A stretch of 64,000 nucleotides of DNA from Desulfotomaculaceae bacterium (GCA_028709235.1 JAQVXL010000002.1:9633-73632); one strand, 5' to 3'. Positions 18,734 to 29,220 are shown, counted from the first letter of the stretch. Notes: a model not told the origin generated them from the sequence alone. Numbers and translations are program-made.

Positions 18734-21144
18734 AATCCAGGCGCCAGAGAAAATCCCCTTACAATCTTCACTGCCTCCACCGCGTCAGCCCCATAGCCGT
18801 CCGCGCCGATTTCCTGCGCATATTCAGCTGTGACCACCGCCCCGCCTACAATCACCTTAACACCTGGCAATTCCTGCTTGAGCAGTTTAATCACCTGCGG
18901 CATTTCCACCATAGTTGTAGTCATTAATGCGCTTAAGGCTACCACACCCGCCTTTTCCCGGCGGGCCGCTTCCAGAAAAGCCTCGGCCGGCACACTTTTA
19001 CCCAGGTCGATCACCCGGAAGCCGTGATTCTCTAGCAGGGCTGACACGATATTTTTGCCAATATCGTGAATATCACCCTTTACCGTGCCGATCACGATGG
19101 TTCCCCCCTGTGCCGTCTGTTGCCTGGGGAAATTATCCTTCAAATAAGTAAAAGCCTTTTTCGCCGCGTCCCCGGCCAGAATCAACTGGGGCAAGTACGC
19201 TTCTCCCCGGGCAAAATGCCCGCCGATCATTTCCAGGGCGGGGATAATCCCTTCATTTATAACCGACAGGACATCACTCTTTTCCAGCAGTTTCTGCACC
19301 AGGGGGATGACGGTTTCCTGCTGTCCGTTTAAGATAGCTTGTTGCAGGGCCGGGCCGGGATCAGCCGGGTCAACATCCTCATTTACAGGGGGATTGGCCG
19401 GGGAACCCAGACTGCCGGCCTGGGCCAGGTAGTTACGCGCGCCGGAGTCACGCCCCGTCAGGAGGGCGCCGGCAATCATTGTTTCCCTAATCCTGTGGTC
19501 AAGGGGGTTGGTGATGGCAGCATCCAGGCCGGCGCCCAGGGCCAGTGACAAGAAAGCCGCATTAAGCCAAGAACGCTGGGGCAGGCCGTGTGAGACATTG
19601 CTCAGCCCCAGGACTGTATTAACCCCCAAATGTTCTTTGACCAGAGTAATAGCCCGCACAGTTTCCAGGGCCAACTCAGGGGAAGTGGCCGCTGTAAGGA
19701 CCAGACAGTCAATGATCATGTCCTCTCGCGGCAAACCATAGTGTTCCGCCGCTGCTAAGATCTCTCTAGCGATATCCAGCCTTTCTTCCGCCTTGTCCGG
19801 AATACCGCTTTCGTTCAGGGTTAAACCCAATACTGCAGCGCCATACTTTTTAGCCAGAGGCAAGATGGAGTTGAGGCTTTTCTTATCGCCGTTGACAGAG
19901 TTAATTAAAGCCTTGCCCTGGAATTCCTGCAGCCCTTTTTCCAGAGCGGTCGGATTAGTACAGTCCAGCACCAGCGGGCAGTCCAGGCTCATCTGCAGCC
20001 GCCGTACACCTTCCGGCAACAGCCGGGTTTCATCTCCTCCTGCCAATCCGGTGTTGAGGTCCAGCAGCAGGGCGCCGGCATCCAGCTGGAGCGCCCCTTC
20101 CTGGATAATAAAATCCCAATTTTGCTGCCGCAAGGCTTCCGCCACAGCTTTGCGGGCGGAAGGGTTAATTCTCTCGCCGATCAAAACCGGCAGCTCTTTG
20201 GATCCTAATGTTACAGCCCGGCTGCGGCTGGCCAGACGTGTGGCCGGCGGCCCTTCCTGCTCCGGCAGGGGCGCAGGTTCCCGTGCGGATAAAGCCTCCC
20301 CCATAGCCTTGATATGGGCGGGAGTGCTGCCGCAGCAAGCGCCAATCAGATTAACGCCCAGATTCCGGAAAGGCTCGGTGAAACGGGCCATATCCTGAGG
20401 AGTTTCCTTAAAGACTGTTGCCCCGTTAATGAGGACGGGCATACCGGCGTTGGGTTCCACCAGCAGGGGCAGCCGCGTGAACTGCCGGTATTCTTTCATG
20501 ACCGCCAGAAGCTCGGCAGCGCCGGTGGAACAGTTCGCGCCGATACAGGCGGCGCCCATTGCTTCCAGTACAATGGCGGCAATTTGCGGGCTGGTACCGG
20601 TGAGGGTCCTCCCTTTGGTATAGGTCAAAGAGCAGGCTACCGGCAGCCCGGTATATTTCCTGGCCGCGACGAGGGCAGCGCGTATCTCGCCTAAATCAGA
20701 GAAGGTTTCTAAAAAAATAAAATCCACCCCGCCGGCCTCCAGAGCCCGGGCCTGCCGGCCAAAGACTTCTACCAGCTCTGTCCAAGGCAGGTCGCCCAGG
20801 GGGGCGGGAAATTGTCCGGTAGGTCCGATAATACCGGCTACAAAGGCCCGGTCCTGCACAACCTCACGCGCCAGCCTGGCCGCCGTTATATTTACTTCCT
20901 CTACCAGATCGGCCGCGCCGTATTCCTTTAATTTCAGCTCTGTGCCGCTTAAGGTATTTGTCTGGATCACCTGGGCGCCCGCTTCCAGGTATGCCCGGTG
21001 CACCTGCTGCACAGCCAGGGGATGAGCCAGCATCCAGAGCTCCGGGTTTTCTCCCGGCGGCAGCCCCTGTTCAACCAGCATGGTGCCCATAGCGCCATCC
21101 CCCAGCAGGACTTGTTTTTTCAAGGTTGTAATAAAATCAGCCAT
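18730..21144 (-). CDS. metH: Cobalamin-dependent methionine synthase (Hcy-, pterin- and B12-binding domains)
   Basis: DGAMGT, GANCS, GACCG, IGERINPS and GTVKGDIHDIGKNIV (DxHxxG); SALMTTT. Confidence 0.92.
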   Translation of the reverse strand: MADFITTLKKQVLLGDGAMGTMLVEQGLPPGENPELWMLAHPLAVQQVHRAYLEAGAQVIQTNTLSGTELKLKEYGAADLVEEVNITAARLAREVVQDRAFVAGIIGPTGQFPAPLGDLPWTELVEVFGRQARALEAGGVDFIFLETFSDLGEIRAALVAARKYTGLPVACSLTYTKGRTLTGTSPQIAAIVLEAMGAACIGANCSTGAAELLAVMKEYRQFTRLPLLVEPNAGMPVLINGATVFKETPQDMARFTEPFRNLGVNLIGACCGSTPAHIKAMGEALSAREPAPLPEQEGPPATRLASRSRAVTLGSKELPVLIGERINPSARKAVAEALRQQNWDFIIQEGALQLDAGALLLDLNTGLAGGDETRLLPEGVRRLQMSLDCPLVLDCTNPTALEKGLQEFQGKALINSVNGDKKSLNSILPLAKKYGAAVLGLTLNESGIPDKAEERLDIAREILAAAEHYGLPREDMIIDCLVLTAATSPELALETVRAITLVKEHLGVNTVLGLSNVSHGLPQRSWLNAAFLSLALGAGLDAAITNPLDHRIRETMIAGALLTGRDSGARNYLAQAGSLGSPANPPVNEDVDPADPGPALQQAILNGQQETVIPLVQKLLEKSDVLSVINEGIIPALEMIGGHFARGEAYLPQLILAGDAAKKAFTYLKDNFPRQQTAQGGTIVIGTVKGDIHDIGKNIVSALLENHGFRVIDLGKSVPAEAFLEAARREKAGVVALSALMTTTMVEMPQVIKLLKQELPGVKVIVGGAVVTAEYAQEIGADGYGADAVEAVKIVRGFSLAPGL

Positions 21145-21346
21145 CCAAACACCCCTGTACAATATTATTTGACGAAAACCAGTAAGTATGAAAACCGGAA
21201 AGTATATTAATCCTGATTATATTTCAGAAGGACAAGAATTTCTACAGGCAGATGGGCTAAATAATTAAAAATAAAAACCCATCCCCCCTGTATTCAGGAA
21301 AACCACCGGGATGGGTTCTATATTGAAACACAGCAACTATTACCGT

Positions 21347-22279
21347 TTATTCCCCGCATCTAAGCAGCAGGGCGTCCCATCTTTTGTCAACCTCAGACTG
21401 GAAGTGTTCTATCAGCTGTTCGTTTCCTTTTTTGAACATATGCTTGAACCGGCCCTGTCTCTTCAAAAACTCCTCCACCGGCAGCTTGTTTTTCGGCTTG
21501 TAGCTCAGCACCCATTTACCCTCTATTACTTCAAATAAAGGCCAGTAGCAGGTATCAATGGCCAATCTGCATATTTCCATGATGTCTTCCGCTTCATATA
21601 TCCACCCGCGGGGACAAGGAGCCATTACATTTAAGAAAGCTGCGCCGGGAGTATAAATGGCCCTTTCCGCCTTTTCATGCAAATCTCGTAGATTTTTAAA
21701 TAATGTCGTCTGGGCCACATAAGGAACATTATGTTCCGCAATAATAGCCGCCAGGTCCTTTCTGTACTGCGGTTTACCGTTTGACACTTTACCCACCGGT
21801 GATGTTGTTGTATCAGCATACATCGGCGTAGCCGAAGAACGCTGTATACCGGTATTCATATAGGCGCCATTGTCATAGCAGACGTAAACCAGATCATGGT
21901 TTCTTTCCATTGCCGCGGAAAGAGACTGCAGTCCGATATCATAGGTGCCACCGTCACCGCCAAAAGCAATAAATTTATAGACGCCGTCAACTTTGCCCTT
22001 TTTTCTTAATACTTCATAAGCTGCCTGCACACCGCTGCAGGTTGCCCCGGCGTTTTCAAAAGTATTGTGGATGAAAGAATCCTGCCAGGCCGTATGCGGG
22101 TACATAAAGGTGGACACCTCTAAACAAGATGTGGCGCAGGTGATCACGGCTTGATCCTCATCACGCAAACCGCGCAATACGTTCCTGACAGCGATCGTGC
22201 CGCCGCAGCCTGCGCACATCCTGTGTCCGGGGGCAAGACGTTCTTTCTTGTTCATAACTTCTTTAAAATTATAGGCCAT
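21347..22279 (-). CDS. porB: Pyruvate:ferredoxin oxidoreductase beta subunit
   Basis: GHRMCAGCG, GGDGGTYDIG...YDNGAYMNTGIQRS TPP motif; PCPRGW. Confidence 0.92.
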   Translation of the reverse strand: MAYNFKEVMNKKERLAPGHRMCAGCGGTIAVRNVLRGLRDEDQAVITCATSCLEVSTFMYPHTAWQDSFIHNTFENAGATCSGVQAAYEVLRKKGKVDGVYKFIAFGGDGGTYDIGLQSLSAAMERNHDLVYVCYDNGAYMNTGIQRSSATPMYADTTTSPVGKVSNGKPQYRKDLAAIIAEHNVPYVAQTTLFKNLRDLHEKAERAIYTPGAAFLNVMAPCPRGWIYEAEDIMEICRLAIDTCYWPLFEVIEGKWVLSYKPKNKLPVEEFLKRQGRFKHMFKKGNEQLIEHFQSEVDKRWDALLLRCGE

Positions 22280-22292
22280 TTTTCTAATCCCC

Positions 22293-23474
22293 TTATTCCC
22301 TTAATGACAAATACCGGTATTTATCACCCGCATCATTTGTTTGATCAATCTCAATCAGGTCCTCAAAAACAGAGGTGATGCTTTCCACTGTAACATCCCT
22401 GCCGCCCAGGCCATAAACATAGTTGATTACTACGGGCATTAGCCGGGCATTAAACAAGGCGCTTTTTACTTCCGCCCCCAGGGGTCCGCACTGGGCATTA
22501 AAGCTTTCCGTCCGGTCCATGCAGGCGATCACTTTGGCCTTTTGCAAAGCGTTCGCGATTTCTTCCCCGGGGAAAGGCCGGAACAACCTGATTTTGAGCA
22601 AACCAACCTTTTTGCCTTCAGTTCTCAACTTATCGATGGCGTCTTTGGCAGTGCCGGCGGCAGAGCCGATGATCACCATCGCGTAATCGGCGTCCGCCAG
22701 CCTGTACTCTTCGAACAGTCCATATTCCCTGCCGCTTAACACCGCAAATTCTTTGGCCACAGCCAGAGTAACCTGTTGGGCATTTTTCAGCGCTTCCAAC
22801 TGCGCCCTTTTTGCTTCCATGCAATAGGCCGAAACAGCATATGGCCCCACAGCCAGAGGCTGCTTGCCGTTGAGCAAATAGCTGTCCGGACAGTATTCGC
22901 CAACAAACTTCCTTACTTCCCCGTCTTTTAATAATTCAATATTTTCCACGGCAGCGCTGGTAATAAAGCCGTCCTGACAAATCATAATCGGCAGCCTGAC
23001 CCTGGGATGCTCCGCTATTCTGTAGGCCTGGACAAAGTTGTCATAAACCTCCTGGTTATTCTCAGCGTAGATCTGAATCCAGCCCGAATCTCTGGCGCCC
23101 ATCGAATCTGAATGATCGCAGTTAATATTAATCGGCCCGGACAAAGTTCTGTTTACTAAAGCCATGGCGATGGGCAGTCTATTGGAAGCGGCAACATAAA
23201 GCACTTCCCACATTAAAGCCAGTCCGCAGGACGAAGTGGCCGTCAAAGATCTGGCCCCCGCGGCTTGGGCGCCTATCGCCGCCGACATGGCGCTGTGTTC
23301 ACTTTCCACAGGAATAAATTCCGTTTCCACCTGGCCATTGGCTATAAAAGTAGAGAACATGTGCGGAATTTCTGTGGATGGTGTAATCGGGAAAGCTGAC
23401 ATTACGTCGGGGTTTATTTGCCTCATGGCTATAGCAACAGCTTCGTTTCCTGATAGCCTATCTCTGATTGACAT
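22293..23474 (-). CDS. porA: Pyruvate:ferredoxin oxidoreductase alpha subunit
   Basis: AFPITPST, VESEHSAMS, TATSSCGL, NRTLSGPINI and YGLGGRD. Confidence 0.92.
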   Translation of the reverse strand: MSIRDRLSGNEAVAIAMRQINPDVMSAFPITPSTEIPHMFSTFIANGQVETEFIPVESEHSAMSAAIGAQAAGARSLTATSSCGLALMWEVLYVAASNRLPIAMALVNRTLSGPININCDHSDSMGARDSGWIQIYAENNQEVYDNFVQAYRIAEHPRVRLPIMICQDGFITSAAVENIELLKDGEVRKFVGEYCPDSYLLNGKQPLAVGPYAVSAYCMEAKRAQLEALKNAQQVTLAVAKEFAVLSGREYGLFEEYRLADADYAMVIIGSAAGTAKDAIDKLRTEGKKVGLLKIRLFRPFPGEEIANALQKAKVIACMDRTESFNAQCGPLGAEVKSALFNARLMPVVINYVYGLGGRDVTVESITSVFEDLIEIDQTNDAGDKYRYLSLRE

Positions 23475-23780
23475 TTATTTTTCCCCCATTTTCATTACAA
23501 TCGCGCCAAAGGGACACACTTTGGCACAAATTCCGCACCCTTTGCAGTGTTCATAGTCATAGTCCGCTCTTTGATAATTATCTACCGGTATCGAGCTGTC
23601 AGGGCAAACAGGCACACAAAGCAAACATTGCTCACATTTTTCTTCTATAAATACAGGAGTATTCACTCTCCAGTCCCCTGTATTGAATAGCCTGGAGTTT
23701 CCTGCGGCCTCAATCTTGCAGCCCTCTGTAATATCTCTCCAGGAAATATTTTCTGTTATTTTAGTCACATCTATCGCCAA
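23475..23780 (-). CDS. porD: Pyruvate:ferredoxin oxidoreductase delta subunit
   Basis: TGDWRVNTP; two ferredoxin motifs CEQCLLC...CP and CKGCGIC...CP. Confidence 0.92.
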   Translation of the reverse strand: MAIDVTKITENISWRDITEGCKIEAAGNSRLFNTGDWRVNTPVFIEEKCEQCLLCVPVCPDSSIPVDNYQRADYDYEHCKGCGICAKVCPFGAIVMKMGEK

Positions 23781-24362
23781 CTAACTAACCTCCTGTAAAG
23801 TCATCCTTAAAGCCTTCATATTCCCTTCAATAACCGCTGGTTTATTCGCAAATTTATGTTCAAAAGATTGCTGCATCTCACTTAAGAAGGTTTCGTCTGA
23901 CATCACTCCGCTGACCTTGACAATGGCAGCCAGCATCGGAGAATTAGGAAAGTACTTGCCTAAAGATTCCATAGAAATTCTCCTGGCGTCGATGGTATAT
24001 ACCCTCCCTTTGTAACCATTTAAATATTTTTTAATTTCTTTTATATCCCTGGCGGTATTTACAATTAAAGCGCCTTCATTGCTTAGTCCTTTTGTCACAT
24101 CGACAGCTTCAAATAAGGTTTCGTCAACCACCACAACATAATCCGGTTCATAGATGTTGGAATGGACTCTGATTTTGTTGTCACTGATTCTGTTATACGC
24201 TGTGATTGGCGCCCCCATCCTTTCCGGGCCATACTCCGGAAAACCCTGCACATATTTTCCGGTACTAAAAACAACATCCGCTAACAATAAAGCGGCCGTT
24301 TTGGCGCCCTGGCCGCCCCGGCCATGCCATCTGATTTGAATTAGCTCTTTCACCAAAATCAC
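23781..24362 (-). CDS. porC: Pyruvate:ferredoxin oxidoreductase gamma subunit
   Basis: IRWHGRGGQGAKTA, FPEYGPERMGAP and PNSPMLAA. Confidence 0.92.
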   Translation of the reverse strand: MILVKELIQIRWHGRGGQGAKTAALLLADVVFSTGKYVQGFPEYGPERMGAPITAYNRISDNKIRVHSNIYEPDYVVVVDETLFEAVDVTKGLSNEGALIVNTARDIKEIKKYLNGYKGRVYTIDARRISMESLGKYFPNSPMLAAIVKVSGVMSDETFLSEMQQSFEHKFANKPAVIEGNMKALRMTLQEVS

Positions 24363-24571
24363 TCCTTTGGAAAACGCTTCTATTACTAAAAATAATTCTC
24401 CCTTAGATATTCCATAACATTATATATTATTTTCAAGATTCCCACTATAAAAATTTATCACAATATTGAATAAATTCTTTTTTCTTTTTTTCGCCTGCTA
24501 AATTATAGAAAGGGTAAACTAAGAAATTATGGAATTTATATAAACGGATCAAATTTTCGGGGGGATTTTGT

Positions 24572-25216
24572 ATGTCTAATAGAATTGAGTTTGTCAGAAA
24601 CTATAATGATTTAAGCACTGACAAAGGCTTCCAATTTGAATTTTGCTGTGACCGATGCGGAACAGGTTATCGCACCCGTTTTAAGGCCTCGGTTACCGGG
24701 ACTATATCAAATGCTATTGACGCGGCCGGTGGTCTTTTTGGCGGCATACTGGGCAGGGCGTCCAGCCTCAGTGATCGTGTTCATTCGGCGGCCTGGGAAA
24801 AAGCGCATGACGGGGCTTTTGTGGAGGCTGTCAATGAATTAAAGCCGGACTTCATTCAATGCCCCCGCTGCTCTGCCTGGGTCTGCCGAAAAAGCTGTTG
24901 GAATACCAAGCGGGGACTCTGCAAGGATTGCGCTCCGGATTTAGGCGTGGAGATGTCCGCGGCGCAAGCGAGCCGGTCTGTGGAAGAAGTCTGGGCCCAT
25001 GCCAAAATGTCAGCGGAAGATAAAAAACTAAGCGAAAGCAATTGGCGGGAGACAGTGCGGGCCAGCTGCCCCGAGTGCGAGGCGCCACTGGCCACTAATG
25101 CAAAATTCTGCCCGGAATGCGGCGCAAAGCTGAAAACTGCCAGCAATTGCCCCGGCTGTGGCTTTGAAATCAAGTCAAAAGCCAAGTTCTGCCCGGAATG
25201 CGGCGAAAAACTTTAA
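24572..25216 (+). CDS. Multi zinc-ribbon (double zinc ribbon) protein
   Basis: CDRC, CPRC...C...C, then CPEC-AKFCPEC and CPGC-AKFCPEC. Confidence 0.85.
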   Translation: MSNRIEFVRNYNDLSTDKGFQFEFCCDRCGTGYRTRFKASVTGTISNAIDAAGGLFGGILGRASSLSDRVHSAAWEKAHDGAFVEAVNELKPDFIQCPRCSAWVCRKSCWNTKRGLCKDCAPDLGVEMSAAQASRSVEEVWAHAKMSAEDKKLSESNWRETVRASCPECEAPLATNAKFCPECGAKLKTASNCPGCGFEIKSKAKFCPECGEKL

Positions 25217-25284
25217 AACTCGGGATTAAAATAGTTTTGTGTAAATAGAAATTCCTACTTGAAATTTGTACTTTTGATATTTAA

Positions 25285-25314
25285 AAACCCACCTGTTTTA
25301 ACGCAGGTGGGTTT
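25285..25314. terminator. Bidirectional terminator-like hairpin
   Basis: aaacccacctg-ttttaacg-caggtgggttt between convergent genes. Confidence 0.65.
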
Positions 25315-25418
25315 ATTTGCCGCTAAAGGCGTTTCAAGTCATAAGAGGGCGGTAACACCGACCTCTTGTGTTGTAGACAAAGTCTCTATGGCGTTGCATC
25401 CGCTTACTATATGATTGT

Positions 25419-25682
25419 TCACTTGATCTTACCCGCACACTGGTAAGCCGCTGCCAGGATGCCAAGCCCGCCCATTATTGCTATTATTGAACCCACAACT
25501 CTGTGTTTCATAATAGATTGTTCTAAATATATCAGATATTTATCGGTATCCATACTACCGTAATTAGCCTTCATAATATTAGATATTTCATGATTACTCA
25601 AATTTATGCTGTTCATTAATATTATTAGTCCGATCACAAAGATAACGCCAAAAATTATTAATTTTAGATGACTATTTTGCAT
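25419..25682 (-). CDS. Small two-TM hypothetical protein
   Basis: GGGAGA RBS; two hydrophobic segments flanking GSMDTDKYLIYLEQ. Confidence 0.65.
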   Translation of the reverse strand: MQNSHLKLIIFGVIFVIGLIILMNSINLSNHEISNIMKANYGSMDTDKYLIYLEQSIMKHRVVGSIIAIMGGLGILAAAYQCAGKIK

Positions 25683-25884
25683 AAATATCTCCCCTTTTTA
25701 ATTCGTTATATTTTAGGAAGCGTTTAGATTAATCTCAAATGGTATTCTACATAATTTTATGATCTTCCTTTCCAGTTGGAAATATAACTAATAAAATCTA
25801 CTTTTCACCCCAAGAATATAGTTTTTATATTAAGAAAACATAATGTATGTAACATATCGTTTTCTCCGAAGGGATGGGGTAACG

Positions 25885-28551
25885 TTGAAACCATACGTTT
25901 TGCACTTTGATCAGATAGACCGCACCGGCTTGCCTGACGTGGGGGGTAAAGGCGCCAACCTGGGGGAAATGAGCCGGGCGGGTTTTCCCGTTCCCCGGGG
26001 CTTCTGCATTACCACACGCGCTTATAAGGAGTTCACCGCGGCCAGCACTGAGATGGACGGACTGCTGGATATGCTGGACCGGCTGCAGCCGGATCAACTG
26101 GACGAAATCAGCAAACTGGGCCGGCGGATCCGGGACCACCTGCAGTCCCTCGCCATACCTGAAACTGTTAAATCGGCCATTATCGAGGGGTGGCAGCAGT
26201 CGGGGGAAGACCGGGAGTACGCCGTACGGTCCAGCGCCACGGCGGAGGATTTGCCCACGGCATCTTTTGCCGGCCAGCAGGAGACTTACTTGAATGTGCA
26301 AGGCACTGATCAGCTGCTGCAGGCCGTGCGTAAATGCTGGGCTTCGCTGTTTACCGACCGCTCCATTGTCTACCGCGTCAGAAACAGATTTGACCACCGA
26401 ACCGTGTTTTTATCGGTGGTGGCGCAACGGATGGTCTTTCCCGAAGTGTCCGGGATCATGTTTACCGCCGACCCGGTAACCGGCAACCGGAAGGTAGTAT
26501 CCATTGACGCAAGTTTCGGCCTGGGAGAAGCGCTGGTATCGGGCATCGTCTCCGCCGATTTATACCAGGTCAAAGCGGACAAGTTGATCAAAAAACAGAT
26601 AGCCAGGAAAGAAATAGCCAGGAAAGAAATAGCCGTTTATGCCAGACCCGGGGGTGGCACGGACAATTTGGAAATTGCGGAAGAGATGCAGACGGCGCCG
26701 TCTTTGTCCGACGGGCAGGCAATCAGGCTGGCGCGAATGGGACGAAGCATTGAAACGCATTTCGGCAGCCCGCAGGATATTGAGTGGTGCCTGGCGGATG
26801 GCGAAATATTTATTTTGCAGAGCCGGCCGATTACCACGCTCTACCCCGTTCCGCCGGCAGAAACCGGTGATCAAGTGCGCCTTTTCCTGTCATTCGGTCA
26901 TGTGCAGATGATGACCGAAGCCATCAAGCCCCTGGGCATATCGGTGCTGAGGACTCTAATTCCTCTGGGTAAAAGTACACCGCTGGGAGAAAGCGGCCTC
27001 CTGGTGGAAGCCGGCGGAAGATTGTATTCCGACGTGGTCACCCGGCTGCTTGAATATCAACAATTAAGTAAACGGCTGCCCGAATTACTGCTCAACGTCG
27101 ATGAAATGTTCAGCCAGGCTGTGCGGGAATTCATGGAAAGGGAAGAGTTCCAAACAGCGGTACGCCCCGGTAAAAGAATCAAATTTTCCTTGTTAAGAAA
27201 AACCTTCCCCACGGCGCTCGCCATTCTAAAAAATATCCTGTACCGAGAAAATGACCAGGCTATTGATATGATGAACCGGTTTATCGCCGAAAATGTCGAT
27301 GAAAGCAGGAAACTGCTGCACGAGGTATCCGGCTCGGACCGGATCACGCGGATCCAGGAAATTCTGCATACCATCCTGGCAATGGCTGTTGCCAGGGTAG
27401 CCCAATATCTGCCGACCGCGCTGATTACATACAAGCTCATTGAAAACCTGTCCCGCCGGTGGCTGGGCGACACAGCCGAGATGGGCGGCATCAGCAAATC
27501 CCCGCCGGGTAATGTGACGACTGAAATGGGGCTGGCGCTGGGAGATGTGGCCGACGCGGTGAGAAACCATCCGGCGGTGATCGAATACCTGGAACATGCC
27601 TCCGACGAAACATTTTTTGAGAATTTAAAGGCTGTTCCCGGCGGAGAAGAGGTCCTACCGGTTTTTCTGGGGTTCTTCGAACGCTACGGGATGCGGGGTA
27701 CGGGGGAAATCGACGTGACCCGCCCGCGCTGGCGCGAGGTTCCGACCCAGTTGGTCCCCGCTATTCTGGGCCATATCAAAGGCGTCAGACCCGGGCAGCA
27801 CCGTCTTGATTTTCTGGCGGGCAAAAAGGAAGCTGAGCTTGCTGCCGAAAGGCTGCTGGAACGACTGCGGGCAAAGCCCCTGGGGTCTGTCAAGGGCAGG
27901 ATCATGCGGCGGCTGATTAAGGTCCACCGCTTTCTGATCGGGATCAGGGAACATCCCAAGTATTTCATTGTGCAGAATTTCGATCTGATCAAGCAGGCCA
28001 TCTTGCAAGAGGGGGCCGGACTGGCCGCAGACGGAGTCCTTGAGGATGCGGAAGATGTTTTCTGGCTGTCGCTGCAGGAAATTAAAGAAGTGTTAGAAAC
28101 ACGGCGGCTGGACCGCGATTTAATCAATCGACGCAAAGAAAAATTCCAGCGCGATGAGAAGCTGGCTCCTACCCGGGCCATAACCAGCGAGGGAGAAATC
28201 ATCATCGCCAAACCGGGTGCCCACGTGCCGCCGGGCGCACTGGCGGGGAGCCCGGTTTCGGCAGGAAAGGCTGAAGGCCGGGCCCGAGTGATACTAAAAC
28301 TGGGAGAAGCAAAAATGGACAAGGGAGATATACTGGTGGCGCCTTACACCGACCCGGCCTGGACACCGCTGTTCCCGCTGGCGGCCGGCCTGGTGACGGA
28401 AGTCGGCGGCCTGATGACCCACGGCGCAGTGGTGGCCCGTGAATACGGCATTCCCGCAGTGGTAGGAGTGGAAGAGGCGACCCGCAAAATCCGGGACGGG
28501 CAGAAAATACGGGTGGATGGCGCCCGGGGCTTTGTGGAGATACTTGAGTAA
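25885..28551 (+). CDS. rph: Rifamycin phosphotransferase (Rph)-like PEP-utilising enzyme
   Basis: N-terminal ATP-grasp (VGGKGANLGE, AVRSSATAEDLP, PQDIEW, LQSRPITT); central domain with LSFGHVQMMTEAIKPLG and RGTGEIDVTRPRW; C-terminal His-swivel GGLMTHGAVVAREYG; lacks the PEP-binding C-terminus of PpsA. Confidence 0.75.
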   Translation: MKPYVLHFDQIDRTGLPDVGGKGANLGEMSRAGFPVPRGFCITTRAYKEFTAASTEMDGLLDMLDRLQPDQLDEISKLGRRIRDHLQSLAIPETVKSAIIEGWQQSGEDREYAVRSSATAEDLPTASFAGQQETYLNVQGTDQLLQAVRKCWASLFTDRSIVYRVRNRFDHRTVFLSVVAQRMVFPEVSGIMFTADPVTGNRKVVSIDASFGLGEALVSGIVSADLYQVKADKLIKKQIARKEIARKEIAVYARPGGGTDNLEIAEEMQTAPSLSDGQAIRLARMGRSIETHFGSPQDIEWCLADGEIFILQSRPITTLYPVPPAETGDQVRLFLSFGHVQMMTEAIKPLGISVLRTLIPLGKSTPLGESGLLVEAGGRLYSDVVTRLLEYQQLSKRLPELLLNVDEMFSQAVREFMEREEFQTAVRPGKRIKFSLLRKTFPTALAILKNILYRENDQAIDMMNRFIAENVDESRKLLHEVSGSDRITRIQEILHTILAMAVARVAQYLPTALITYKLIENLSRRWLGDTAEMGGISKSPPGNVTTEMGLALGDVADAVRNHPAVIEYLEHASDETFFENLKAVPGGEEVLPVFLGFFERYGMRGTGEIDVTRPRWREVPTQLVPAILGHIKGVRPGQHRLDFLAGKKEAELAAERLLERLRAKPLGSVKGRIMRRLIKVHRFLIGIREHPKYFIVQNFDLIKQAILQEGAGLAADGVLEDAEDVFWLSLQEIKEVLETRRLDRDLINRRKEKFQRDEKLAPTRAITSEGEIIIAKPGAHVPPGALAGSPVSAGKAEGRARVILKLGEAKMDKGDILVAPYTDPAWTPLFPLAAGLVTEVGGLMTHGAVVAREYGIPAVVGVEEATRKIRDGQKIRVDGARGFVEILE

Positions 28552-28714
28552 AGTATAGGGGACAGCTTTCATGCTTACTTCATGCCTTTATTATCAAATC
28601 AGGTGTATACTTCTGTGTCAGGTGCTGCGTTCCTTTTTAAGGCGCCGTATGCCTCCCGGAGCAGATTTCCCTAAAACGATAAGGCCATCTGACCACTTTT
28701 AACAGAGTTCACTG

Positions 28715-28810
28715 CTATAAAATTATTTGTGATTTTTTTTATTTGTTTTCCGAAAGATTTTAAGAAAATTTATATCGAAACGATCCATTATATTAAAAAT
28801 AATCTTAAAT
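28715..28810. repeat. 96-bp AT-rich direct repeat, intact copy
   Basis: ctataaaattatttgtgattttttttatttgttttccgaaagattttaagaaaatttatatcgaaacgatccattatattaaaaataatcttaaat; the second copy is 38480-38506 plus 39940-40008, split by ISL3. Confidence 0.9.
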
Positions 28811-29220
28811 ACAAGCATGGTTATTAATATAATGATCAGGTAATTTAAAGTGTAATTTGTACCCATTTCTTAAATAATATCATTCCTTAATTAAGATAAG
28901 AATTGTTAAAATTTGTTTTGCCTATTACATTAGTTTGGTTAATCAAAATCCCACCAACACCTTTTACATCATAATATGGTTAAAACCCCATGATAAAAAT
29001 TTTCTTTTTCATGTTATTTTCTCCTTTTTTTTGAATTCGTCAATAGGTGATAATTTTAAATTTCCAGCAAAGACTACCTAAATATTTCCTCTTTCAACCA
29101 GGAAAAATGACAGTTCAGAGAGAGCGGGCGGGTTTAGCGGCGGCGGGAGTTTGGAAATATTTGATAAGCAAGCTGTTGTTTGTTATACTCAAAATAGCAT
29201 TACAAGGTGGTGAAGGTTCC

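Noticed and set aside
21145-21346. Expected SAM riboswitch or T-box upstream of metH
   Set aside because: No ATCCAGAG/AGATGAG S-box core or T-box GGTGGTACC motif is visible; only a terminator-like hairpin.
28810-29030. Minus-strand AAGGAG-ATG reading MKKKIFIMGF* with further broken frames
   Set aside because: Too short and degraded to assign; possibly a decayed secreted-protein gene but not supportable.
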